The translations under genes and the position numbers were made by a program. The notes under the pieces are model-generated. The model had not been told where the DNA came from, made no database searches, and saw only the letters and a program-made list of their open reading frames with translations. A stretch of 63,235 nt of DNA, the filler included, from Perkinsus olseni (taxonomy: Eukaryota): the NCBI GenBank assembly GCA_013115125.1. It is 3 parts of 3 records of this genome, joined end to end, with 100 filler letters (N's around TTAATTAATTAA, not from the genome) between each part and the next. Parts side by side here need not be neighbours in the genome. Positions count along the whole stretch, not along the records: positions 42,337 to 63,235 come from JABANN010000564.1; 2 more parts are not named here. The stretch is one strand, 5' to 3'. Below are positions 49,033-61,744 of this stretch, one piece after another (position 1 is the stretch's first letter; each line of letters begins with the position of its first letter).

Positions 49033-51208
49033 TCAAAGCTGCCTCGGACGATAATTGAGAATGCCGAACACAGTACCAAGGGAAAGGCCAATGGACAGAG
49101 CAACAGCCCCGATCTCCACGCCACGGAAGAATCCAATATACGGCCGCATATCCGATAATATCTGACAACTCCAGCACTACCGACAATCTACCATAGCGGT
49201 AGAATCCTCATCCGCCATCCCAAAGACCCCAGCATCTATCCAACCACCTACCTTTTCACTGCGCTTATTGCGATCAGCCTGCAGCTGCACTTCCAACTGC
49301 TGCTTCAAAAGCTCTTCCTTATGATCCTCCGACGCTTCTTTGTCCCGAGAGAGAATGATATTCTTCATCCGGAAATATGAGTCGAACCGGAACTTCGCGT
49401 ACCTTATCAAAAATAAATCCCCTACCGCCTCACGACCAACCATCTCCCATTACACTAGGAAATCAAAGTCATCATAGGTCGGAGCCTGCGGGGCACGGAT
49501 GACGCTCCAAAGGCCCCACAGAAGATGAGAGGCCAGGGCGAACTTCGACACGTTCCTCATCAACGGCAAGATGTAGAGATCGTTGTCTGGGAAAATAGGG
49601 GTCTCCAAATACCTGACAATGACCATCACCAAAATCGGTATCGTCCGGCACGTGCGGCCCACAACGCGTCCGCCGAACTGAGGCACGCACGGTATGAATT
49701 CACGGAGGGACGTGCACAACACAGGACCGCGACCACCAACAGCACCGAGGAGACACTCAGGACCCTGGACACTTACTCGGAGAGATACACGCTGAGGAAC
49801 ATCCTCTGCGTCCGACGATCGGGATAGGCCGCCAGATCAGTAGCAAAGAAAGGGTAGTGCCTGCGGGACGACCAAGGTACGCAGACGAACCTCGTCCAGC
49901 ACTGGTCGCTTACGTCTCGGTGTAGTCCATAGTGAACTCACAGAAAAGATTCGCAATATCGTAAGCCTGGTAGTTGTAGTGAGCATACTCGAAATCAATC
50001 AAGCGGAGACCGTACTGGGTCTGCAAGATGTTGTTCTCTTGCACCTACATCAGCCACCCGTAGCCAACCACAACAACAGCAGCGAGGGGTGCTACATCAT
50101 TATGGGAGAAGACGACGTCCATGCCCTGCCCCTTCACTATGTCATTCTGGTTCTGTGTAAGGTAAGCTATGAGCCACCTAAGATACACCAAGATACGCTA
50201 TGCTACTCCGCCGGCGCACAGCCACGATTACTCGGCCTCCTTCACCATCCTTTCAACGTGTAGTCTGCTCAGCTTCCTGCGTTGCTCGGGCTCGACAAAA
50301 GACACCTTCGACGCCTCAGACGCCCAACTCCTGAATAAAAATTACAGCGGAGCGAAGCACTCCAACCATCTCACCTCAATCGCTTGATGGTAGCTGGTTC
50401 CGTGCTGAAGGACCTCGGGAAGTCTTGCCGCTGATCCAGCTTATGGAAACGGCCAAGTTGAGATGCAATCTGAGTTGATGATGACCCACAAGCAGCAGGA
50501 GAGCCTTCGTCCCACCTGGCACAGTATACTAGGGTTGTTAAGCAGCTTGGTCGGTACTGCAATCGAGGCATGCCACTCCTCAATCCGCCAGCCGTCACCC
50601 TGACCACCACAAGCTCCACCAACGACGCCAGCGCCTTTCTCATTACATAAGCTATCAACTGGGGTGCTATCCGATACCGCGACAAAGTCTTGAAGACCTT
50701 CAGTTCATACACTGGGTCGTAGAAGGACTTGGCGTCCTTGCCGTAAATTCTGACGAAAAAAAGCTTCGCTCCGCCTGCTCCTACTACGGCGCTGCTGACC
50801 GGAAGAGGACGCTTGTGAAAGGGACGGGGACGTCGTGGCTGGTGGGGCTGTCGGAGACCATCGAATCCGTTCGAGGCTTCGGCAGGGACACTCTGAACAG
50901 CTGATTGGAGAGGCCTTCGCACAGCTGGTTGATCTCGACCTAAAAATGCGGAAAAATTCTAGCGGAGCGATGCAGGTAAAATGGTAGTACATCTTCCGGA
51001 TTTACTCTGCCTTGCCACCCAGGGACCTTTTGCACGCACAACTCCGCTATCTTGGCAGGCTTAGATAACGAACTGAAGTCGGTCACCTACTCTGAATCAA
51101 TTCACCTCCATCGAATCAACTTCGACGAACCATGCTTACATTATCCGGCATATCATTGAGACCCGATATCTTCCGCACTGAGAACTTGCTCTGCTTGGGA
51201 TCTGACAT
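49033..51208 (-). CDS. Choline/ethanolamine kinase
   Basis: FVRIYG, ELKVFKTLS, LGRFH, QENNIL, LIDFEYA..NYQAYDIANLFCEF, FALASHLLWGLWSVI and YAKFRFDSY. Confidence 0.9.
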
Positions 51209-51768
51209 AGAAAACAGTCCTGGTAGAATGACATGTACCGAGCTCCTCTTCCTGATTCAACCAGCAACGATTTCGAGCCTCATGACCAAGCACATACTAC
51301 TGCCCCCTAACGCTGCAGCATGCCTTAGGCAGCATCGTTACGGAAATCTCGAGATGAAGGCAGAAGGCAACCACAACAGAGTCCTGGATGAGGCAGCTTC
51401 AAGAAATGCAGTACCGGCTGCACAGATGCACAGTCTAGTCCTGCTAGGACCCCGCCTACCTATCACACCAACTGTGTTTAGATCCATGTCAAGCGTTCGA
51501 GAGAACTCGTTGTTCGAGGAGGACGAGGAGGACTGACAACATAAACTCGAGAAGGGCCTCGCCAACAATACCACTACCGTCTCTTGACTTGGCGACTGAG
51601 CTTCATCATGATGATCTCTCATCTCATCGAAGCCCGGATTATGCTGCCTGACAACCACAAGCAGTCAACGGGCACCACATTCAAAGTCCAACCCTACATC
51701 GCTCCGTCCAGCTCATACACAGACGCCGTGACGGCCTTGGCCACCGAGTGGGAGGAGAGCGAAGCAAC

Positions 51769-51770
<2 letters not shown>

Positions 51771-51806
<36 letters not shown>
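51771..51806. repeat. (GAT)n microsatellite
   Basis: About 12 GAT units. Confidence 0.9.
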
Positions 51807-52073
51807 CTGGAGAATCGGCCATTTCCGGATAGTAGAAAGGGAACCTGTAGCCCGATAGAAGAGGCCCCCGCTCAACTCAACGCCCCAGGACAGCGTCGAT
51901 GGTGATGGTGATGATGTTGATCGGACTTCCAGTAATTTTACGTGCCAGGCGCGATTCTACTACCACTACTACTACTCAAGTGAGAGAAGCGACAGCAGCA
52001 GAAGTGTCGGCGAGATGGTGTCGCTAGGCGGTGAGCCTTCAGACCTGCGTCGTGAGGATGGTCATCATCCATT

Positions 52074-54401
52074 TTACAGTATACCAAGGGCTGCGTCCAT
52101 CTCGACAAGAACAGGCCTACAGAAGCAGCGCAACATATGACAACCCGTCCGCTATCACTGTCGGCCTACTTCGCCAAATTCTGCCAAGTTTCCTCATCAA
52201 CGCTGCTCATGTGCACGACTTGGCCATCATACTTGCGTCCCTTCATGCCAGTCATGCAAGCCTCGGCACCTGAGTACCACACCATCACCAAAAAAGGTAC
52301 GCGCACTCGACTCACCTCCGAGATCAGAGTACTCGAGACAGACATCGCCCGCGGCCAGGACCAACCCTTGGGTCGAAGGGTCCTGCGGACAAGTCAGATT
52401 TCCTCCACGCGACACAAGCTAGCACTACATGAACGTCAGCCGAAGCGACGTAGACCGCATCCAGTTTTCCAAAGTCCCCACAACCGCCCTTCATATCCTC
52501 GATCACATCAGTGTATTCATCCTTGGCAGTATTCGGCCCTACTCGTACAATCTGATGAAAAAAGTGTTAAATCGGTAAGAGGAGAAGAGGATGATACTCA
52601 CCTGAGCGAAGCGAACGATGCGACTGGTGGCTTGACCACCAAGATTTCCGACGGCACCTGAGCAGAGGACGAAGATTACCCAGCAGATGATACGCGTTTT
52701 AAAGAAAGAACAGCAATACCCTCCTAACGCCTCCAGCTGATTTATCATGGCAGAATGAATAGTAAAGGAGATGGTCGATGCAGGACGAGAGGACGGACAA
52801 CAATAATACCCTCCTAACCGGCGGCAATTATGAGTGATAGAAAGATAAACGAATTGATCATGGAGTGAGCGGGAGGACTACGGCGAAGGTCTCGTCTACA
52901 TGCGGGTATCAACTACTTATCATTTCTGAGGGGAAGGGTTTCATCTACTCCTAAGGTTTCCGTAATATTTAGCACGAACACTATCTTCAGACGTATCTCA
53001 GGTTGACTCGGACTATTCACAGAAAATGTCGAGGCCTCGTCAATTGACCTGTTTCGATTCCACTATACCAGTATTTGCGCGAGTTATCCGAGCAGACCCC
53101 CTCCCCTTTCCCCTACTGTTGGCTGCAGCTGCCGCTGCTGCCGCCACGACCGAATCGTTCAACATCGGCACGGTGGAGTCCTGATAGTCCGATGGCCGGC
53201 GAATAGTAATAGGAGCGCCCATAACGACGAGACCTGCCACGAAAATGACCGCTGCGCCACGAAATTAAACCGGAGACCCACCATCAAGCGCCAAGGCATT
53301 CTCGGTGTCTTCCAGTGTAGCAAACTCTACGAAGCCGTAGTTGCCTGAAGAGAATGGGGGAATCTTCGGGAGGTCCACGGCCCCGAATGAGGGCCTGCGC
53401 ATGCGTACCACCCTTCTCTCTGGCGAACCATACATGCAGGACGGGACTGTGGCCATCAGCAGCGATGCAGCCACGCTCACGGAGGGCGGCGAAGAGCTGC
53501 TGACCCAGGAACTCCTCCGTGAGACCTGAGAGAAATGATGCTGCTACCCCGAGAGTCTCAAGCGAGGCTATTGCACATGGCAATCGTTGATTCACTATTC
53601 TCATATAAGAGATCCCGCCGCTATGATAAAGTAACCCGGCGAGAGACTTCCTCGCTACCGTGAAGCTGGACACCCTAGCTTGCTATTATAAAGAAGCCCC
53701 ACAAGGGTCCCCTCCCTACCCAGTTGGATGGGCAGATTGGCAACATAAAGACGACGGTTCTTGCGAGTGGCGTTGTGCTGAGCCGAATCTTGGGTGCCGA
53801 TCTTAGGAATCCACTGGAAGCCATCCCAGAACATGTTTGAGCTGTTACCAGCCTGATGGGCCGACTTGTTAAGGAAACTGTCGAGGCATGAGCGTGAATG
53901 ACCAGCTTCGACCTAAGATACGCCCTTACTCTCGTTGGGATCTGCGACGCGCCTTCTCCCGCTCGGTGGAACTGTCACGATCGTCGCTACGCCTGAAAGA
54001 AAAATCATGTAATTTCGAATTCGCAAGAGAAATTGAACATCATCGCGCCTGAAAACTCAATCACGACAAACTTCGAAAATTCCTGAAATAAACTGATGAT
54101 GAACCTGATGGGTCGTCAGCTGGAGCGCCACGAAATTGCCGTTGACTTTTGTGAGAGCCTGAGCGAAGGAAGGGACAAGAGGCTTACTGGTGGTGTCTAT
54201 GGGACCTATGGCTTCGATGATGGTCGCGTTCACGGTCACGACTCCCTGAAAAATACAAGAGAGAAAATGAGAACTGCTAAGGGACTTGAAGAACCTGCGA
54301 AAATTTCGAGGAAGCGTCAGCTGAAAAAAATAGGTTCATAGGGAAAAATGGGTAACCTGTTGGCCCTTACCACTAGGAGTAGTAGTCGGATGGTCAGTCA
54401 T
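52074..54401 (-). CDS. U2AF large-subunit-like RRM/UHM splicing factor
   Basis: RS/RD-rich exon (SRDRERDHHRSHRSHR), RRLYVANLP (RNP2), NYGFVEF (RNP1), ALALDG...IRRPSDY, and a UHM-like end IEDMKGGCGDFG...MKGRKYDGQVV. Confidence 0.8.
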
Positions 54402-55096
54402 CGTCCGTCAAATCCCAATCACGGAACCCGAACTAACATCACGAGTATGTCTCATAAATTTTCGTGTCGAACCGACTAGAGTGTTGTCCAACGACGTGCG
54501 TGCTGACCTATTTGGTATCTTGCAATGGCCGACCTAGGATACTCCCGCCTGCCAATTACTATCGTGATGCCTGTCCCTTCGTGATCTGCTCCTACTGTAC
54601 GGCGATCGGCTGCGGCTTCTACCGTCGCGACCCATATTTGACAAGTTCGAGAGGAAAAAGAATAGCTGCCTGTTCTAGTGAAGTCATTTCATATCCTGCC
54701 AGAGTCAACCTCAGGATACCCCGACGCCCGAACAGTCACTGCAAGACTCAGCAATAACTCTTCCATCGATATCGACGCTCACCTGAAAGGATTCTCACAC
54801 GTACAACCTTTAAAACACACCCGAGGCGTGAAGCGCCGACCATTATCGCAGAATGCTTAATCGATCATAATGGCGCGCGCGGTTGACGTTAAGCGCAAGA
54901 TCCACGGTTTCTGAGCACGCGGTCGCTCCGACTTTCCACCCTTTCTTCTTCTTGCTGGTCTCCTTGGTAGGTCGAGCAGCTGGTTGAAAATGCTCCTCTC
55001 GTTGCTTCTCTGCCTTGTCGAAGGCCTGGGAAGAGCGCCGTTATAGTTCCCCCCCGTGAACCGCTGTTTTCAGTTACCACTCGGCTGACCGTTTCT

Positions 55097-57663
55097 ATGG
55101 CCGCCTCCAACCCTACTGCCTTCCCAAACTACTTCGGGCCTCCTCCAGTCTTCAACCCGACATTCGCGATGGACGCAGCGGCCTTCTCGCAGCGCCCTCC
55201 CACTTCGTCCAAGGCTACCTTGGACCAGTCCCGAAGGTCCATCGTCCAACAGCAACAACAACAGCAGCAGCAGCCGGGTTTCCCGGCCTTTCAGCAACAG
55301 CAACAGCAACAGATGGACCCGGTGTTCACCTCCACTCGGCTTACCAGGGATCCCGAGGTCACCGAGGTCCACCAAGTTCAGCGGTTCCAGGCGCCCCCGG
55401 TGCAGCACGTCCAGGAGATCCTCACGGACGAGGTCATTGAGATCCCCGTTGATGTGCCCGAGATCCAGTACGTCGAGGAGGTCGAGGAGGTCCCTATGGT
55501 GCAGTACGTCGAGAAGATCGTCGAAGTGCCGGAGGTACAGTACATCGAGAGACCTGTCGAGAAGATCGTCTACGTGGACGTACCCAAGGTCGTCCATCAG
55601 GAGAGGATCGTCAACAAGCCCGTTGTGCAGTACGTCGAGGTAAGGCGGGCGGGTGGTGATGATTTCCTTCACTTGTCCGAACCAGAGCTGAGTTGTTCCC
55701 AACTGTCAGGTCCCGAAGTATGTGAAAGTCCCTCGCATTCGAGAGGAGGAGGTTCGAGTTCAGCAGGAGCGCATCATTGAGGATATCGTTGAAGTTCCTG
55801 TGGACCAAATCGAGGAGGAAATTATCGAAGTTCCCAAGGTCCAGGTGAGCCGATAAGATCCTTGAAATTAAATAGGGACGGGGACGTAGCATTTGAAAGT
55901 GTGTTGCTGTAGGTGCAAGAGAGGATCGTGGAGAAGCCGGTGAAGCAGGTTGTGACGATCCACGTCAATCGGCATGTACCGGAAATAGAGGAGGAAGTTG
56001 TGGAGGTGAGGGAGGCCTCCCTTCCTAGGGTGTTGCTTACTGACTTGTGCAGGTCAAGGTCCCTCAAGTGATCGAGGAAGTGGTAGAGGTGCCGAAGATT
56101 CAGTACGTCGAGCGCGTCATTCACAAGGAGGTCGCAACTATTGTTGAGGTGCCTGTGTATCGGGAAGTGCCGGTCATTACCGAGGAGACGATCGAGATCC
56201 CGGTGGAGGAGATCCACGAGGAGATCGTTTACGTGCCCAAGGTTCAGAAGGTGGAGCGCATCGTTGAGCGCCCTGTTGAGCAGATCGTCGAGGTTCCGCG
56301 CATCGTGCAAGTGCCTGAGATAATCGAGGAAATCATCGAGATCGAGAGGCGCGTGCCGAAGGTCAACATCGAGGAGATCGTCCGCGAGGTTCCTCGTCGG
56401 GAGGTTCAAGAGAGGATCATCGAGATTCCGAAGATTACTCGGACCATCGTCGATCAGGAGATCGAACAGCAGGTGCAGGATGTTATTATCGAGAAGAAGC
56501 GGGTGGTTGAGAAGATCGTCGAGAGGAAGCGTCCCATTGTCCAGAAGATTCACAAGAAGGTCCCCAAGATCGAGGTGCAGGAGATCGTCCGTGAGGTTCC
56601 GAAGATCGTGTACGAGGAGAAGATAGTTGAGATCACTAAGGAGGTCCAACGGGAGGTCCCTGTCGTTGAGTACATCGACAAGGTCGTGGAGGTGCCGCAA
56701 ATCGAGTATCTCGAGAAGATCATTGAGGTCGAGGAGGAGCAGGTTGTCTATAGGGAAGTCCCTGAGATTGTTGACCGGCATGTACAGAAGATAGTCCAAG
56801 TGCCGAACATTCGCAAGGTGCAGAAGTACATTGAGGTGCCGCAGATCGAGTATGTCGACAAGGTTGTGGAGATCCCTCAAGTGGAGTACGTCGAGGAGTA
56901 TGTGGACGTCCCCTTCAAGCAGAAGGTCCAGAAGGTCGTCCATATTGCGGATGTTCAGAGGGTCCAGAAGATTGTCGAAGTCCCCCAGGTTGCCTACGTC
57001 GATAAGGAGGTTGAGGTACCGGTCACGCAGCAAGTGCAGAAGGTCGTCGATGTGCCGGTTAATAAGACTGTTCAGAAGGAGGTCCGTGTACCTCAAGTTC
57101 GGACGGTTCAGAAGTACGTCGAGGTCCCCGAGATCGAGTACGTCGACATTCCCCAAGACGTCGTTGTGACCAAGTATGTCGATGTTATCCAGGAGCAGAA
57201 GGTCCCCCAGGTGGTCCAAAAGTACCAGGACAAGATCATCGAGGAGGAAGTCTCGCAGACGGTCGAGAAGGTCGTGGAGATCCCTCAGATCGAAACGGTC
57301 GAGCGGTATGTCGAGATCCCTCAAGTGGAGACTGTCACTGGTGAGCAACGTACGGTTACTACCCAATTGGAGACCATCCGCATCGAGGGTGGCATCGAAC
57401 GACTTCACGAGCGTGTTGATGGTACCGCCTACGACCCCGTGCCCGCCCACATCTACACCTCGGTCTCGACTCATGATCTTCCTCCGGGCAGTCTAAGCCG
57501 GTATCAGCTCCAACAGTTAACCCAACAGCAGCAGCAGCAGCAGCAGCAGAGCAGTCAGCGGGCGTCTGTCCCCTCTGCGACAGGAGCAGCAGCTGAGCAG
57601 CAGAGTTTCCCCAACCAGATGAACTTCGCCGACATGTTCAACAGCTTCGGCCCGATGCTCTAG
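55097..57663 (+). CDS. Alveolin / IMC1-family (VPV-repeat) cortical protein 1
   Basis: Dozens of EKIVEVP / QYVEKV-type repeats, Q-rich termini and short introns. Confidence 0.92.
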
Positions 57664-58013
57664 GTTGATGCTTGCTTTTGATAAAGTGAATGATGAAGCG
57701 CGTCGTGAATTCAAATTCATATGAATTTCCGGCCTTCTTCTTCCTTCGTCGTCGTCGTCCGTTGGATGATTTGATGATATTTTTATTTTTATTTAGCATC
57801 ATTAGATGGGCTGCTGACGATGGGCTCCGAGGGCTGCATGGACAATGGTGGGCATTTGAAGAACCCGTGTTGTTACCTAGGCACTCTGCTTCGCGTTGTA
57901 GTCGATATCAATATCGGTCGGGCGCTCCTTCGGTCAATGTTGTCCAGATTATCTTCTTCCCTTCAGGCTGGTACCAACAACAGCTACCTTTTCTAAGGTC
58001 ATCCGTCTACCCC

Positions 58014-60673
58014 ATGTTCCAGCCATTCCAGGCCTTCCGTCCGCAGCCTTACCAGACGCCTGGTAGTCAAAGCAGGCAGACACCCCAACAGCAGCAGCAA
58101 TCTCAGTTCTACCAGCCCGGCCACTTTCAACAAGCAAACCTATTCACCCCCACCGGCCAGCCTGTGCAGCCCGCCGGTTACGCGATGCTGCAGCAGCAGC
58201 ATCCCTTCACCAACAACCTCACTCATACTCCTACGGTCTCGGTCGAGTCCGCTCCTCCTGAGATCACTGAGGTTCGGGAGGAGCAGGTCCGACAACTGCC
58301 GACCAAACAGAACGTCCGCGAGGAGTGGCAAGAGGAGATCGTGGAAGTCTATGTTGACGTTCCGGAGGTGCAGTATGTCGAGGAATTGATTGAAGTGCCC
58401 CAAATTCAGTATGTTGAGAAGGTGGTCGAAGTCCCTCAAGTGCAAGTGGTTCAAAGGACGGTTGACAAGGTTGTGCATGTGGACGTCCCTCGTAAGGTCG
58501 TCCAGGAACGCATTATTCACAGGCCCGTGAAGCAGGTTATTGAGGTGAGCTAGGAGGGAGGAGCATGCGTACCATCATTCTTCATTTTCTCAGGTCCCCA
58601 AGTATGTGAAGGTTCCTCACGTTGTGGAGCAAATCGTCGAAGTGCCTCAGGAGGTGGTGCGAGAGGAAGTGATCGAGGTCAAGCGTCCCATCACTCGAGA
58701 GAAGGTCATCCCGAAGACGGTTGAGAAGGTCCAGAAGGTTCCGAGGTGACCAAACTCCAACTTCGGGGCGCACCTTCGTAACGCTCCTTCCCCAGATACC
58801 TGCATGTCCCACAGATCGTGGAACAAGTTATCGAGGTTCCCAAGGAGGAGATCATCGAGCAGATCAACCACATCCCCAAGATCCAGGTAGGTGCCGTTGA
58901 GTGCCACTTCATTGCATGGCACTTGGGTAGGTGCAAGAGAGGGTCATCCCGAAGTATGTTGAGCACATAGAGAAGGTGCCGATCTATCGTCACATCCCTA
59001 AGATCCAGGAGCAAATCGTGGAGGTTCCTGTGGAACAGATCGAGGAAGAGATCATCGAGGTCCCTCGAATAACAACTATGGAGCGCATCATCCCGAAGTC
59101 GGTCCAGCAGATCGTCGAGGTGCCCAAGTACCGGCATATACCGCAAATCACTGAGGAGGTCATCGAGCACCCGATCGAGCAGATTGTGGAGCAGGTCATC
59201 CACGTGCCGAAGACTGAAGTGGTCGAAAGGGTCATCCCGAAGTCGGTCGAGCAGGTGGTAGAGGTGCCTAAGGTCGTCTACGTCCCCCAGATTGTGGAGG
59301 AGATCGTTGAGGTCGAACGGCGCGTCCCGAAGATTGAAGTCGAGGAGGTCGTCCGCGAGGTGCCTGTAATCCACACGCAGGAGCGCGTGATTGAGATGCC
59401 CAAGGTTATCCGCAAGATCATCGATGACGTCGAGCAACAAGACTTGCAAGACGTGGTGGTGCAAAAGAAGAGAGTTGTCGAGAAGGTTATCGAACGGAAG
59501 GTCCCTGTCATAGAGAAGGTGCAGAAGCACGTCCCGAAGTACGAGATCCAGGATGTGGTCCGCGAGGTGCCTCGGGTTGAGTATCAGGAGAACATCATCG
59601 AGAATGTCATTGAGGTGCCGGTCGACAAGCCGTATGTTGAGTATGTTGACAAGGTCATTGACGTGCCTGAGGTGGAGTACCACGAGAACGTCGTGGAGGT
59701 GCCGGAGGAGCAGGTCGTCTACAAGCATGTCCCTAAGGTCTACGAGACGGTTGTTCAACGTACTGTGGAGGTGCCGGAGATCCACGAGATCGAGAGGGAG
59801 GTCGAGGTCCCTCAGGTTAGGTATGAGGAAGAGATTATCGAAGTACCCGTACCACAGACTGTCCAGAAGGTTGTCGAGATTCCTGTCACTAAGACTGTCC
59901 AAGTGGATGTCGAGGTGCCCGAAATCCAAGTGGTGGAACGAGAGGTCGAGGTGCCGGTCGTGAAGCGTGTGGAGGAGATCATCGACATTGAGGTCCCTCA
60001 GACTGTGCAGAAATATGTGAACGTTCCTGTTCATAAGAAGGTTCAGAAGTACGTGGATGTCCCTCAAGTGCAGTATGTGGACCGAGAAGTTGAAGTCCCG
60101 GTGGTTCAGCAGGTTGAGAAGATCATTGACGTCCCGGTGCCACAGGTTATCCAGAAGCACGTCCAAGTGCCGGTGACCAAGACTGTTCAGAAGGTCGTGG
60201 AAGTCCCCGAGGTGCAGTACGTTGACAAGGAGGTCGAGGTCGTGGTTCCCCGGTATGTTGAAAAGGTCAATGAGGTGCCGGTGCCCCAAGTGGTGCGGAA
60301 ATACGTCGATAAGATTATCGAGGAGACTCAGGTCCAACGCGTTGAACGTGTTGTGGAGGTACCTCAAGTGCAGACTGTTGACCGCTATGTTGAAGTTAAC
60401 CAGACTGAAGTGGTGGCTGGTGAAAGCAAGAAGCGCAACAATCAGCTTCAAACTATTTATTTGGATGGAGGCGTCGAGCGAGTGCAAGTACGGGAGAATC
60501 TCAACCCCAACCTCGGTGGCGGAGATCTCTCCCATTCAGCTCAGACAGTCCTCGCCCCGCCAGTGGCGGGAGGCGGTAACGAGCCATTGACTCGGTCTCA
60601 GCAGCACTCTGCTGCCACTCCGGTGGCCGCTAATTTAGACTCTAGCACGGGCATGCAAGCCAATCTGGCATAA
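58014..60673 (+). CDS. Alveolin / IMC1-family cortical protein 2 (tandem paralog)
   Basis: Same repeat type; shares landmarks with copy 1 (PEITEV, QDVVVQKKRVVEK, QLQTIYLDGGVER). Confidence 0.92.
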
Positions 60674-61744
60674 TTCTTACTGGTATTGTTTATCATTTCA
60701 TCATCTCATTCAGTAAGAATAAGGTTACACTATCATCATCTCTGATTCTGTTGTGTTCATGTAGTTTGGGAGTATCGTCGACACAACGATGTCGCATGAA
60801 CGCAGCGAAACGCAGGATGAGAAGTTCTAGTCAGTAATGAGATCTCTACTTCCACGGGTCTAGCCTTACGAGTGACTTGACGAAACCACGGCTGCACCAA
60901 AGTTAGCGTGGACATTGGTACACGTACATGTCGAGCGTATAGGGAAACGAGGGAGGCTGCCCGGCAAGAGGGTGACAACAGGTTGGGCGAAGAGCCGTTG
61001 GTGCGTACACCGCAGTTTTTTTCGCCAAGATGGGTACTGTTGATGGTGGCGCTGAGAACTCGTGCGTGCGTAAGATCATAGTCCAACACCGTAACTGCCT
61101 TGGACTTTATCAATGTGCTCGTTTCCTGGGGCCCCTAGGCTGGGGGATTTTCCCAGCAGATTGATATGAAGTGAGTAGCACATGGTTTGTCGAAACGCTA
61201 CTCAAGGAGCTGTATTTCATCTAGGGAGCGTCCTTTCCTTCTTGGAGATTCCGTCCGTGCATCCGAGGCGGGCCTGCTCTTGTATAAGTAAGGGACTCCT
61301 ACGGTGTCCTACTGTCGGCGGTGGACTTTAAACTCGCACACACACGTTCACCTCCAAGGATTCAACAAAGGAGACTTGCTCCCAAGCGACGGGCCATAAC
61401 TACACCATTTCCCGTGCAAGTCTGGCGAGTTAACATGCAAGTTTGACATCTGTCAAATATGTTAGCACCAAGAATGTTAATGTGAAGTCCAAGATTGACA
61501 AAGGTGAAAATATCACAGGCAAGAATGACTGTATCACAATCAAGTTTCACGATAGACGGCCAAGATTGACAAGTTCCGGTCCAAGTTCGATGTCCCGTCC
61601 CTGGAAGCCCAGACTCAAGTAAAAGAGCTCATTTGGCTTTAGAAACCGCACTTGTTCACTGCCTATAGCATAGTAATGCTTCACTGCTTCTAGCAGCTCC
61701 TTGACGTGGGTGAGAGTCCGCTGGGGGGAGAATCATGTTGGACC

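Noticed and set aside
50058-50066. CCGTAGCCA partial spliced-leader match
   Set aside because: Only 9 nt, antisense within the kinase gene and expected by chance
51681-51875. Poly-His / poly-Asp short ORFs
   Set aside because: Products of the (GAT)n microsatellite with no other coding support
55822-60535. Long minus-strand ORFs (550 aa and 609 aa) rich in L, D and H
   Set aside because: Antisense shadows of the V/E/I/K-biased alveolin codons, which rarely generate stops on the other strand
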